From the NCBI GenBank assembly GCA_964524225.1, contig CAZGEW010000002.1, forward strand, positions 1-45,433: a stretch of DNA of 45,433 bases, written 5' to 3'. Positions 9,780 to 19,151 of the stretch are shown one piece after another (positions within the stretch are counted from its first letter, which is position 1; each line of letters opens with the position of its first letter). Under the pieces are notes generated by a model, which was given only the letters and a program-made list of their open reading frames with translations, did no database searches and was not told the DNA's origin. Source of the DNA: an uncultured Methanosarcinales archaeon (GTDB lineage Archaea; Nanobdellota; Nanobdellia; Woesearchaeales; GW2011-AR4). The translations under genes were made by a program, and so were the position numbers.

Positions 9780-10193
9780 TTACTCGCCAATAACTTTTAT
9801 CATCACTCTCTTTTTTCTCTGTCCATCAAACTCGGCATAAAAAATCTGCTCCCATGGTCCAAAATCAAGCTCGCCATTTGTGATGGCAACAACAACTTCT
9901 CTACCCATTAGGGTACGCATTAAATGAGCATATGCATTATCTTCTCCTGTTAAGTTATGTTTATAGGCTTTTTTTATATCAACTAATTTATATAACCATT
10001 CCTGAAAATCACTTATCAACCCAGATTCGTCGTCATTAATGAAAACAGAAGCTGTTATGTGCATTGCATTAACTAAAACAAGTCCTTCTTTAATACCGCT
10101 TTTCTTCACTGCTTGCTCAACCTTAGCTGTTATGTTGATAAACTCTATTCTTTTTGATGTGTTAAACCATAAATGCTCTGTGTAGGATTTCAT
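9780..10193 (-). CDS. YjbQ/UPF0047 family protein (secondary thiamine-phosphate synthase-like)
   Basis: The pattern [43 protein letters not shown] is typical of YjbQ. Start trimmed to Met10 (MKSYTEHLW). Confidence 0.65.
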   Translation of the reverse strand: MKSYTEHLWFNTSKRIEFINITAKVEQAVKKSGIKEGLVLVNAMHITASVFINDDESGLISDFQEWLYKLVDIKKAYKHNLTGEDNAYAHLMRTLMGREVVVAITNGELDFGPWEQIFYAEFDGQRKKRVMIKVIGE

Positions 10194-10333
10194 TTTTTTA
10201 TTTTTTGATTTGTAGCACAATATCAGGGTATTTTGAAATGATTTCTGGCATAAAATTTGTTAAGTTTTTATTATTTATAAATTTTATTTTTTAAGAAAAA
10301 AAATTTTAAACAAACATTACTTTCTATAATTTT

Positions 10334-11050
10334 ATGTTACAAAAACTTTTATGGTTGATTTTAGCTGGTGGTAAAGGTGAAAGAGTAAGACAATTTTTAA
10401 CAGAAGACGAACCAGTAAAACCTATGATAAAAATAGGTCAAAAAAGACTAATTGAGTACGCACTTGAAGAAGCAGAAAAAGTTGGATATGAAACTGCTGT
10501 TCTTACATATCCATCTGAATCGTATGAAAGCTTAGACCAATTAGTAAAAAGTAGAGGTTTTAAAGCTATGAAGCAGAAAGCAAAGCATCGCAAATTGCCA
10601 CATCTCTTGGAACTTGCTTACTTAGTACGGAAACAATACCATTCGCCTGATAGAAAATACCTTGCATCTTTTGACTCGATATTAACATTCGCTTCCGATA
10701 TTGTTTATAGTGGGGTTGATTTCAAGGCAATGATTGATTTCCATAACAAAAGTCTTTCATCACCTAATGAAAGGCAAATAACAATACTGTCTAAAAGAAG
10801 AACAATCGGAAGAACATATAACTTTAGAGTTGAAAATGGAAGATTAACCTCAGTTCAATGGTTTTCTAGCAAACCAGCAAAAGGATACTCTCCTTATGTA
10901 TCACCAGGGGTTTATATTTTTTCTAGAGCTGTTTTAGTAAACCCATTTGCATTACTTTTAGGTTTAGACTTAAATAAAATACTTATTTACGAAACTCAAG
11001 GAACATGGAGGGATTATGGAAATCCTGAAATTTTAGGTCTTATGAGATAA
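10334..11050 (+). CDS. sugar-phosphate nucleotidyltransferase-like protein
   Basis: N-terminal LILAGGKGERVRQF (the GxGxR motif of NTP-transferases). The rest is divergent. Confidence 0.5.
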   Translation: MLQKLLWLILAGGKGERVRQFLTEDEPVKPMIKIGQKRLIEYALEEAEKVGYETAVLTYPSESYESLDQLVKSRGFKAMKQKAKHRKLPHLLELAYLVRKQYHSPDRKYLASFDSILTFASDIVYSGVDFKAMIDFHNKSLSSPNERQITILSKRRTIGRTYNFRVENGRLTSVQWFSSKPAKGYSPYVSPGVYIFSRAVLVNPFALLLGLDLNKILIYETQGTWRDYGNPEILGLMR

Positions 11051-11059
11051 TAAAATATT

Positions 11060-11887
11060 TTAAAATTCGTCCGATTTAACTACTGTCCTAACCAAAACAT
11101 CACTTACCATCTGTAATGCATCTTCACTTAGATGCTCACTTTTATCTTCGGGAGAATGATAAAGCTGAAACATTTTTGGAATTCTTCCAGTATAAGAATC
11201 AAATATAATTTTGAAGATATTTCCTTTGACAAACCTTTTAATTGCTCCCTTATCCTTATATGGAGCTACACTTATACAGAGGGCATGCCTAAATCCAGCA
11301 TCTCTAAAGCTTAAATCATCACCCCAAAAAACTGGCAAATGACCTACTCTTTCAAAATAGATATTTTTCTCCTTCACAACTCCTTCTATTGTTTTTAATG
11401 CATAACTATCTTCATTAATTGTAGTTATTGGCCACAGACCAATTGTATCACCATAACCACATAACTCTAAATGATAAACTGCTAATAAATCCTTTAGCCC
11501 GTATTCCTTAATGTAAGAGATAGAACCAAACCTACCGATTTCTTCATCGTCAAAGAAAATAATCTTAACCTTATTTCTAAGTTTTATTTTTCTCAGTTTT
11601 TTAACCACATTGAATAAGATAGCAATTCCAGAAGCATCGTCATTTGCTCCAGGAGAACCATTAACTACATCAAAATGTGCTGATAGAATTATGTGTTTTT
11701 CTGATTTTAAGTTTCCAACATCAACAATAATATTTGTTCCCTTAAAATTAAAATAAGTATAGTCTTGTTCAATAAACTTAATCTTTTTAGATTTCAGAAT
11801 TTGTTTTATTAAATTTAACCTTTCTACATCAGATTTGTATTCCAATTGCTTAATGTAATTTAATAACATATTGATATTAATAATCAT
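11060..11887 (-). CDS. M28-family metallopeptidase
   Basis: Zinc-ligand contexts SAHFDVVNGSPGANDDASGIAIL and FFDDEEIGRFGS. Confidence 0.7.
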   Translation of the reverse strand: MIININMLLNYIKQLEYKSDVERLNLIKQILKSKKIKFIEQDYTYFNFKGTNIIVDVGNLKSEKHIILSAHFDVVNGSPGANDDASGIAILFNVVKKLRKIKLRNKVKIIFFDDEEIGRFGSISYIKEYGLKDLLAVYHLELCGYGDTIGLWPITTINEDSYALKTIEGVVKEKNIYFERVGHLPVFWGDDLSFRDAGFRHALCISVAPYKDKGAIKRFVKGNIFKIIFDSYTGRIPKMFQLYHSPEDKSEHLSEDALQMVSDVLVRTVVKSDEF

Positions 11888-11894
11888 TTAATAA

Positions 11895-12518
11895 TTATTT
11901 CGCTAAAGAAAATTCACAAATTTTATTATATTGGCAAACTGTACATTTATTTGGGTTTTTAGTTGGCTCAGGCTTTCTTTTTTCAGATAAAACGTCCCTT
12001 AATCTTAGTATTGCCAATAATAACTGTTCTTTATGAACTCCTGTATATGTTTCTTTCCAGATAATTGAACTATTGTCTCTATTTTTCAATACAGCATAAA
12101 TCGGTTTTTTTATCAGCTCTTTAAAATTATTCTCCAACAAATAACAATAAGCCCATATCTGTTTTCTTACTCCGATATAAGCATAATTATTTGGCTTATC
12201 ATCAATCACATAAACCCCATCCTTATCACAACCTAATTCATCTATTCTACCTAGAAGTATTACATCATTAGAGATATGCTGTAGCTCAATTTCTCTTGAT
12301 GTTACAGGTTCCTCACTTTTAAAAAATTCCTCCCAAGTTATGGGTGTTGCCAATTTTACAAAATTTTCATATTTTCTCTCGTGTAGTAACGACCCTTTTG
12401 TCATTGCTGATGTTTCTATCAAAGGCAATTTCTTTACTTTGCTTAAATAAAGCTTTTGCTCACAAAAGCTTGCTTCCTGTAACCATGATGCCCCTATCAC
12501 AACTGACTTTTCATTCAT
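11895..12518 (-). CDS. stand-alone Cas4-like PD-(D/E)xK exonuclease with Fe-S cysteines
   Basis: N-terminal Cys (ASFCEQKLY), GRIDEL...VIDDKP nuclease motifs, QIWAYCYLL (QxxxY) and a C-terminal CTVCQYNKIC. No cas genes or CRISPR nearby. Confidence 0.65.
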   Translation of the reverse strand: MNEKSVVIGASWLQEASFCEQKLYLSKVKKLPLIETSAMTKGSLLHERKYENFVKLATPITWEEFFKSEEPVTSREIELQHISNDVILLGRIDELGCDKDGVYVIDDKPNNYAYIGVRKQIWAYCYLLENNFKELIKKPIYAVLKNRDNSSIIWKETYTGVHKEQLLLAILRLRDVLSEKRKPEPTKNPNKCTVCQYNKICEFSLAK

Positions 12519-12568
12519 AAACCAGACAAATATTTAAAGATATAAAAAGTTTATTATGAAAAATTACA

Positions 12569-13399
12569 TCAATCCATAAACCCGTTAGTTATCGGCATTC
12601 GCCATTCCATACCATGAAATGAGCGCTCAGATACTCTAATTATCGTTGCAGCCCTCCTTTTATGCTCATTTAATCTTATTCTCTTAACAACATTTCTAAC
12701 TATTTTCTTGTTAAAACCTTTTGTGATTATTTCATTTGTGGATAAATCTTCCTCAATATACATCTTCAATATTTTATCTAGAATATCATAAGAAGCACCA
12801 AGCTCTTTTTCAGCAGTTTGGCCAATTATTAGTTCAGCACTTGGTTTTTTCTTCAAGATTGATAAGGAAATTCCTAGAAATTTACCGATCTCAATAACTT
12901 CTGTTTTCCATAAATCTCCTATAACCAGTATGTCCACAGCATTATCGCCATATTTAGTCGTGTAACCTAATGCAATTTCAGATTTATCAGATGTGCCAAT
13001 AACCAAAGCTTTATTTAAATTTGCAAAATAATAAAGAATCATCATTCTAATCCTAGCTTTTAGGTTTGCCTTTGCATAGATATTTTTTTTTATCCTTAAT
13101 TGTTCATCTATACCTTCAAAATATTTAATTGGATTGTTTATTTGAATTATATGATATTTAATTTTCAACCTTTTCGCTATATTTATTGCGTCCTTAATAT
13201 TTTGTTTAGATGTCACCTTTGAATCAGGCATTAAAATTCCAGTTACATTTTTGCTCCCAAGCGCTTTAACAGATAAATAAGCAGCAACAGAACTATCAAT
13301 ACCACCGCTTAACCCAACAACAGCTTTCTGAAAATTATTTTTTTTAAAGTAGTCCCTTATTCCAAGTAAAATAGCGTTACATATTTCTCCTACATTCAT
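12569..13399 (-). CDS. nadE: NAD+ synthetase (PP-loop synthetase domain only)
   Basis: PP-loop VVGLSGGIDSSVAAYL and conserved GTSDKSEIALGYTTKYGD. Confidence 0.85.
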   Translation of the reverse strand: MNVGEICNAILLGIRDYFKKNNFQKAVVGLSGGIDSSVAAYLSVKALGSKNVTGILMPDSKVTSKQNIKDAINIAKRLKIKYHIIQINNPIKYFEGIDEQLRIKKNIYAKANLKARIRMMILYYFANLNKALVIGTSDKSEIALGYTTKYGDNAVDILVIGDLWKTEVIEIGKFLGISLSILKKKPSAELIIGQTAEKELGASYDILDKILKMYIEEDLSTNEIITKGFNKKIVRNVVKRIRLNEHKRRAATIIRVSERSFHGMEWRMPITNGFMD

Positions 13400-13428
13400 A
13401 GTATCCTAATCAATATAATTTTTATTAT

Positions 13429-14133
13429 TTAAATTTTTATTATTTTAACATCCTCTTCAAAATCTTTACATCTTACCAATACTTCTCCATTATTAAAATA
13501 CATACTATGGCCATAATAAGTTATTCCATCTTGTCCACCAACCTGATTTACATAAACTATTGGGATTTTGTTTTCGTCCCATCTTTGCTTTAGTACATTT
13601 CCAATTACCTCAATTTTACCCTTGCTATAAGGAGAAGCAGAGACATTTATTATCAATTCAGCGCCTTTATCTTTTTGATACTTTGTAGTTTCTGGAAACC
13701 ATAAGTCTTCACAAATACTTACTCCAATTTTTTTATCATTTAGTTCAAAAATTGTGGCATTGCTTCCTTCACTAAACCATCTTTTCTCGTCAAAAATTGT
13801 GTAATTTGGTAGACATATTTTATGGTGGATATTAACTATTTTCTGATTTTTAATGATAGCAGCGCTATTGTAGAGCTTTCCTTTTGCTCTTTCAACAAAA
13901 CCGACAATTGCTACTTTATCTTTTACATTTTCAACTATTTTTATTAAAGTGTGCATGTTTTGCTCTATAAAATTGTGCTTAAGCAATAAATCCTGTGGGC
14001 TATAACCGGTAATAGAAAGCTCTGGAAAAACAACAATATCCGCCTTAGTTTTTTTGATTATAGATATTATCTTATTTGTATTCCACCCTATATCACCTAC
14101 AATTGGATTTATCTGTATTAAAGCAATTCTCAT
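13429..14133 (-). CDS. carbon-nitrogen hydrolase (nitrilase superfamily), probable glutaminase partner of NadE
   Basis: Glu-Lys-Cys triad contexts VVFPELSITGY, HHKICLPNY and GVSICEDLWF. Immediately upstream of nadE. Start trimmed to MRIALIQ. Confidence 0.75.
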   Translation of the reverse strand: MRIALIQINPIVGDIGWNTNKIISIIKKTKADIVVFPELSITGYSPQDLLLKHNFIEQNMHTLIKIVENVKDKVAIVGFVERAKGKLYNSAAIIKNQKIVNIHHKICLPNYTIFDEKRWFSEGSNATIFELNDKKIGVSICEDLWFPETTKYQKDKGAELIINVSASPYSKGKIEVIGNVLKQRWDENKIPIVYVNQVGGQDGITYYGHSMYFNNGEVLVRCKDFEEDVKIIKI

Positions 14134-14140
14134 TTTGAAT

Positions 14141-14173
14141 ATAAAAAATTTCAACGAAGTTGAAATTTTTTAT
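14141..14173. repeat. perfect 13-15-bp hairpin flanked by A/T tracts (H3)
   Basis: aaaaaatttcaac-gaa-gttgaaatttttt, in the divergent region between the CN-hydrolase and HAD genes. Confidence 0.8.
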
Positions 14174-14215
14174 TTGTTTAAAAATGTTTTTAAATAACCT
14201 AGATACCCTAAGTAT

Positions 14216-14827
14216 ATGATTAAAACAATTATTTTTGACCTCGGAAATGTAATTGTTAAGGTTAATTGGAAAGAGCTTTATAAAAAATTTGCTCAAGATA
14301 GCGGCAAAACTATTGATTATTTTAAAAATTATTATGAAAATTCGTCAATAATGGATGATTTTGCAAAAGGAAGATTTAGTCCGAGAGAATTTTATAACAA
14401 AATAGTTAAAGAATTAAATCTTAAGATAAATTTTAAAACATTTAGTAAACATTATTGTGATATTTTCACTTTAAACGATGATGTTGCTGAACTTATTCAA
14501 AGATTAAAAAAGAATTTTAGATTGATTTTGTTATCAAACACAGATATTATGCATTTCGAATATATAAAAAATAAGTATGAGATAATTAATATTTTTGATG
14601 AATATGTTTTGTCTTATAAAGTTGGTTATAGAAAACCAAACCCTATAATATTTATAGAAACATTAAAAAAAGCTAAAACAATGCCGTTTAATTGTGCTTA
14701 CTTCGACGATATACCGGAATTTATTTTTGTTGCAAGATTATTAGGAATAAAGGCTTTCCGATATAGAAATTTTGAGAAATTAGTCAAAGACTTAAGAAAA
14801 ATTAATGTTTTAACAAAACCTTTATAA
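14216..14827 (+). CDS. HAD-superfamily hydrolase (subfamily IA-like)
   Basis: Motif I IIFDLGNVIV, motif II LLSNTD, motif III/IV K...YFDDIPE. Confidence 0.7.
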   Translation: MIKTIIFDLGNVIVKVNWKELYKKFAQDSGKTIDYFKNYYENSSIMDDFAKGRFSPREFYNKIVKELNLKINFKTFSKHYCDIFTLNDDVAELIQRLKKNFRLILLSNTDIMHFEYIKNKYEIINIFDEYVLSYKVGYRKPNPIIFIETLKKAKTMPFNCAYFDDIPEFIFVARLLGIKAFRYRNFEKLVKDLRKINVLTKPL

Positions 14828-14851
14828 ATTATTTAGTCATTTCATATCAAA

Positions 14852-15589
14852 ATGGATGTTGCAGTTCTTTATTCAGGAGGCAAAGACAGCACTTTTGCAA
14901 TTGATCAGGCAATCCAAAAAGGCTGGAATATAAAGTATTTGTTGTCTGTAAAGCCAAACAGAAAAGATTGTTACCTATTTCATTTTGCAACTGTTGAGCA
15001 AACAAAAGAGTTGGCAAGTATACTAAGCATTAATCATATCTATATAAAATGTAGAGTTGCAAACCCAAGGAAAGAAGCAAATGTAGTTAAAGAAGTTGTA
15101 GAAAAAAATCAAGCCAAAGCAAGGATAGATGCTCTAGTGCTTGGTGGTACAGGACTGCAAGAAACACAGCTAAAAAGTTTACAAAATGCTTTAATGCCAT
15201 TGAACGTTGAAGCGTTTGCAATGAATTCCGGCGAAGATCATGATTTATTGATGGAAGCTATGTTAAATCAAGGTTACAGGATTTTAATAACACAAATAGC
15301 ATCTGATGGATTAAAAGAGTGGCTAGGAAAAACTATAACTAGAGAAAACTTTTCACAACTAAAGAAAGATTCTGTAAGGTATGGTTTCCATATAGGATTT
15401 GAAGGTGGTTATGCCGATACATTAGTCACAGATTGTCCATTATTTCAAAAACGTTTAGTCATTGAAGATATGTCAATTATTCTTGAAGATGATTATTGCG
15501 GGCATGTTGTAATTAATAAGTATAGATTGAAAGATAAAACAAAACCTGAAATGAGACAGCACAGAAGGATTTTTAGTTTTTTGAAATAA
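14852..15589 (+). CDS. MJ0570/Dph6-like PP-loop ATP pyrophosphatase (diphthine-ammonia ligase family)
   Basis: N-terminal VAVLYSGGKDSTFA PP-loop variant and a length of about 245 aa. Confidence 0.6.
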   Translation: MDVAVLYSGGKDSTFAIDQAIQKGWNIKYLLSVKPNRKDCYLFHFATVEQTKELASILSINHIYIKCRVANPRKEANVVKEVVEKNQAKARIDALVLGGTGLQETQLKSLQNALMPLNVEAFAMNSGEDHDLLMEAMLNQGYRILITQIASDGLKEWLGKTITRENFSQLKKDSVRYGFHIGFEGGYADTLVTDCPLFQKRLVIEDMSIILEDDYCGHVVINKYRLKDKTKPEMRQHRRIFSFLK

Positions 15590-15593
15590 AATT

Positions 15594-16322
15594 TTATTGA
15601 TGAATTTTTGTTAACTGGTCTGTAAATAAATTAATTGGTATTGCTTGATTTTCCCCATTTTTCTTTGCTTTAAAAGCCTGTCCTAACAATTCAAATGTTT
15701 CTTTATCAACTACTGCTGTTCCGCTATCTCCTGGGAAGAGTTTTGTACTGATATAGAATACCTTTCCATCAGAAGGTTTAGTCACTATTCCGTCTCTATG
15801 GTAGAATCTTTCTCTATCTGGATAGCCAATCACAATAATTTCTTGTCCATCTTTTAATGTATCTGAATCACCCAACTTAAAAGGAAACTTTTTCCCATTA
15901 TAGGTTTCAGGCAATTTAAATATAACCACTTCTTCACCCATAACTAGTTCCTCTAAATCTTGACCATCAAGTTGGACTTTCCCTTTGACTATGCGTCCTT
16001 GGATATTCAGTGCATCAACTCGAAGCATACCTATCTGATTTATATCTGTCATATGTTTTAATGTTAAAATATAATTTCCATAAGGTATTCCTATCCCTTC
16101 TCTTTGTGCTCCAGGCACTTCGCCACCTTCTTTAAAATACGCTGTTCTTTTTAATGTAACATAACTATCTATAACCTCTTGAATATTCTTTACTTCTCTT
16201 ATTTTATTCTCTTCTTCGATTTTTTGCAAGACATTCTTAATATAACCTTCACAAATAGTTAGAGATGAGTTTATTGCTTCGATGGTTGCAAGCTGAATAA
16301 ATTGTCTTCTAGTTATTTCCAT
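15594..16322 (-). CDS. trypsin-like serine protease with twin-arginine-like signal
   Basis: N-terminal TRRQFIQLA (Tat-like). PGDSGTAVVD is the catalytic-Ser context. Confidence 0.5.
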   Translation of the reverse strand: MEITRRQFIQLATIEAINSSLTICEGYIKNVLQKIEEENKIREVKNIQEVIDSYVTLKRTAYFKEGGEVPGAQREGIGIPYGNYILTLKHMTDINQIGMLRVDALNIQGRIVKGKVQLDGQDLEELVMGEEVVIFKLPETYNGKKFPFKLGDSDTLKDGQEIIVIGYPDRERFYHRDGIVTKPSDGKVFYISTKLFPGDSGTAVVDKETFELLGQAFKAKKNGENQAIPINLFTDQLTKIHQ

Positions 16323-16357
16323 CTTAATATATTGCCTTAAACATTTTTTAATTTTAT

Positions 16358-16407
16358 TTAAGCTTTTGCTGTTATAAGCTCCCTAACAGATATTTTAAGC
16401 TTATCTT
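16358..16407. repeat. direct repeat copy A (duplicate of the 3' end of the 199-aa gene)
   Basis: 46 of 50 nt identical to 16946-16995 by hand alignment. On the minus strand it reads DKLKISVRELITAKA-stop, versus DKLKLSVNELITAKA-stop at the real gene end. Confidence 0.75.
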
Positions 16408-16412
16408 ATACT

Positions 16413-16919
16413 TTATTTGCATGCAGGTATGTGGTTAATTATCATTTCCAAATCAACATAACCTCCACTTGTCTTATACACATAATCACCAGAGCTATAG
16501 GTATATGTAACTACCATGTCTAGCACCTCTCTCTTATCGTCATTTTTCCGTGTTCTAGGTTCGATTGTAACGCTTTCGTATTTAACCTCATTTGGTTGAG
16601 GAATAAATAAAATTTTTGAATCAATAGAATAAATCGCAAATGGTTTACTACTAACACCTTGACCGCAATTTAAATAGTAAACCTCTACGAAGGGTTTTCC
16701 ATAAAAGCCATGCCCAGTAAACTTAAAAGATTTAGAATATATTTCCACAACACCATTTCTTATTTCTCCACTTTGCTTATTGATGATTTCCCACAATAAA
16801 CCTGTAAACAAATCTGTTGGTGCATACTCTGGTGGTGCTATTTCTACTGCTGTTACAGCACTTTGAAAGAGGATAAATCCAGCCAGCACAACCCTTTTTA
16901 TTGTTTTAAACATGTCCAT
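16413..16919 (-). CDS. hypothetical secreted protein
   Basis: 168 aa with an N-terminal signal-like helix (VVLAGFILFQSAVTA). No family recognised. Confidence 0.5.
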   Translation of the reverse strand: MDMFKTIKRVVLAGFILFQSAVTAVEIAPPEYAPTDLFTGLLWEIINKQSGEIRNGVVEIYSKSFKFTGHGFYGKPFVEVYYLNCGQGVSSKPFAIYSIDSKILFIPQPNEVKYESVTIEPRTRKNDDKREVLDMVVTYTYSSGDYVYKTSGGYVDLEMIINHIPACK

Positions 16920-16945
16920 TTTTGGAATTAAGTTTTGAAATCAAA

Positions 16946-16995
16946 TTTAAGCTTTTGCTGTTATAAGCTCATTAACAGATAGTTTAAGTTTATCT
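16946..16995. repeat. direct repeat copy B (authentic 3' end of the 199-aa gene)
   Basis: See copy A. The first 25 nt (tttaagcttttgctgttataagctc) are identical. Confidence 0.75.
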
Positions 16996-17546
16996 GGTAA
17001 ATTTGAACTTTCAAATACTTCTCCTAGGCTCATGCGTTTATTTGGCATTAAATAGTAGTTGACACTACCAATAAATTCTTTTATGGTTGCATAGGTGCAT
17101 AATGTTTGACTTTGTGCATTATTGCCATTATTATTAGTAGGATGTAAACCTAATTTGTATTTAAAACCAACTTGAAAATTGCCATTACTAAAATAAGCAT
17201 CAAACATAGGTATAGAACTTGGTTCAATGTCGGTTGGCATTATTAATGGTCCAAATTTAGCCATTGTAACTACTCTCACTCTTTTGTCTATTTTGGATAT
17301 GCTAATCTTAGTATCAGCATTGTAATCATGTACAAGTCCTTCTAAACCATTGGGGTGCTCAACCATAGGGTGATGAGGACTTTCTATACTTAATTTGAAT
17401 TCCCCATTTCTAGTTCTAAGTTGGGATTCATAAGAACCAGTAATAGCTCTACCATACTCATTAAGCACTGGATGCCAAATATATCTTAGTTTTACACCTA
17501 CTAACTCAAATGATTGATGTAGTAATTTAGTCAATCCTGTAACCAT
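16947..17546 (-). CDS. hypothetical protein
   Basis: 199-aa ORF. No family recognised. Confidence 0.5.
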   Translation of the reverse strand: MVTGLTKLLHQSFELVGVKLRYIWHPVLNEYGRAITGSYESQLRTRNGEFKLSIESPHHPMVEHPNGLEGLVHDYNADTKISISKIDKRVRVVTMAKFGPLIMPTDIEPSSIPMFDAYFSNGNFQVGFKYKLGLHPTNNNGNNAQSQTLCTYATIKEFIGSVNYYLMPNKRMSLGEVFESSNLPDKLKLSVNELITAKA

Positions 17547-17581
17547 TTTGCTTAAATAATTAGTGATAGCACTAAAAAATA

Positions 17582-18007
17582 TTAATACAAATATTTTTTC
17601 TTAGAAAGCATCTTGCCCATGGAAAGCTTTCCCGGCCCATTTGCAATGATGACTATTAAAACTGCAATAAGTATTAGCACAAATTCATAGCCACCTTTTG
17701 ATACCAATAATCCGTTTTTCCAATGAACTACGAAAAATGCAACAAGCATATCTATTAACAATAAAATACTAGACCACCAACTTAAAATTCCGAATATTAA
17801 AAATAGCCCACCTACAAATTCCACAACTGATACTATAAGCGCGGAATAAACTGGTAATGGAATGCTGATTTTGGTGAAGAAGTCCACAGTTCCAGTGAAG
17901 CCACCAGGTGCAAAAAGCTTTAGATAACCATGGTAAGTAAATATAATTCCAAGTATAAGTCTTAATAGAGTTAATGTCCATTGACTTATGCTATTATTTT
18001 TTGGCAT
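17582..18007 (-). CDS. DoxX-family membrane protein
   Basis: 141 aa with 4 TM helices and the FTYHGYLKLF motif typical of DoxX. Confidence 0.65.
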   Translation of the reverse strand: MPKNNSISQWTLTLLRLILGIIFTYHGYLKLFAPGGFTGTVDFFTKISIPLPVYSALIVSVVEFVGGLFLIFGILSWWSSILLLIDMLVAFFVVHWKNGLLVSKGGYEFVLILIAVLIVIIANGPGKLSMGKMLSKKKYLY

Positions 18008-18016
18008 TTTAAATAT

Positions 18017-18051
18017 AAAAAAATTTCAATGTAGAGCATTGAAATTTTTTT
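18017..18051. repeat. perfect 15-bp hairpin flanked by A/T tracts (H4)
   Basis: aaaaaaatttcaatg-tagag-cattgaaattttttt, between the 117-aa ORF stop and the doxX start. Confidence 0.8.
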
Positions 18052-18064
18052 CTAATAAATAACA

Positions 18065-18418
18065 TTACCGACCTGATTCAGTCTCATAAATCTCATTAAA
18101 CTTAGTTATATATCCTGTGCTTTGTGCTTTTTTTAAGGCGCTTTCAAATATCCACTTATCGAATCCTGTTGGTTCTACAGTAAACTTCTGCCCTTCTACA
18201 CGCTCTCTTGCTGTCCACGGTGGTTCACCATAAAGAATATTAAACAAATCTCTACCACCACGTTCAGGTAATTCAGAGACCATCACGGCTGGTACAAGAC
18301 CCATCATAACCTCTAGTTCTCTTATCCTGTCTTTGTCTCGGCCTAAGTACCCACAAATAACTTCAGCAAGCTTGCCACCATGCGTTGGACTTTGTGTTAC
18401 TATTTTATACATTATCAT
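18065..18418 (-). CDS. hypothetical protein
   Basis: 117-aa ORF. No family recognised. G+C is visibly higher than in the flanks. Confidence 0.45.
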   Translation of the reverse strand: MIMYKIVTQSPTHGGKLAEVICGYLGRDKDRIRELEVMMGLVPAVMVSELPERGGRDLFNILYGEPPWTARERVEGQKFTVEPTGFDKWIFESALKKAQSTGYITKFNEIYETESGR

Positions 18419-18447
18419 ACTGATTTATTGTTTATGTTATTATACCA

Positions 18448-18864
18448 TCACTTCTTAAGTCTTTCTTCCAATGAAACCCAGCCTGCGCTGGTTAATTCTT
18501 CTTTAGGAACCCATTTTCCCTCTTTTAAAACCTCAATTCTTGGGTTTGATGGAGTAACTTGCATTTCTGTACCTTGTAGATCTTTTAGCAGTAAACCATG
18601 ATAAACTTTTTCTAGCTCTCCCCCTTGCACTCCATAGTCCACACGAGTTGCCGCATCTCGTGAAAGGTATCTTACTTGATATGGTTTTACAATAGCAGAA
18701 TATGTATAGGATCCAGATTCTTTGTCCTCTTCAACTAATCTTTTCAACGTTTCTATAGCATCAGAAATAGTAGCAAAAGCTACTAAAGGTTCAGTACGGA
18801 TAAGTAAACTATTTTGATTTGGCATATACATAACCAACTCAATTGTGAACACTTTATTTTCCAT
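18448..18864 (-). CDS. hypothetical protein
   Basis: 138-aa ORF. No family recognised. 30 nt from the 117-aa ORF. Confidence 0.45.
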   Translation of the reverse strand: MENKVFTIELVMYMPNQNSLLIRTEPLVAFATISDAIETLKRLVEEDKESGSYTYSAIVKPYQVRYLSRDAATRVDYGVQGGELEKVYHGLLLKDLQGTEMQVTPSNPRIEVLKEGKWVPKEELTSAGWVSLEERLKK

Positions 18865-18865
18865 T

Positions 18866-19151
18866 TTAGACCAAAATTACAATTAATATCAAAACCGAAG
18901 CTATTGATGAAACCATGCAATAATCACACCACTTTTTAAGTACAAATGCTTGCACTCCAGTAAGGTAAATTGAAAAGAGTACTGATAAAATGCTTGCAAT
19001 CACTATAAAATAGTAAACAACATTCAATATATAAATATTTCCATTCACCATAGTAAAAATTCCGAATATTAAATATAATCCCATAATATAGCATACCCGG
19101 AATTGTATTTTCTATGCCAAAAGTTTTTCCATATAGATATATTAGATTCAT
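18866..19151 (-). pseudogene. VKOR-like (vitamin K epoxide reductase family) remnant, apparently frameshifted/truncated
   Basis: Two overlapping ORFs in different frames. The 71-aa ORF starts YGKTFGIENTIPGMLYYG (like the VKOR FGIP..lG motif). The 72-aa ORF ends with a TM helix carrying KKWCDYCMVSS (CxxC). Even joined, the product would be about 95 aa and would lack the first loop Cys pair. Confidence 0.35.
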
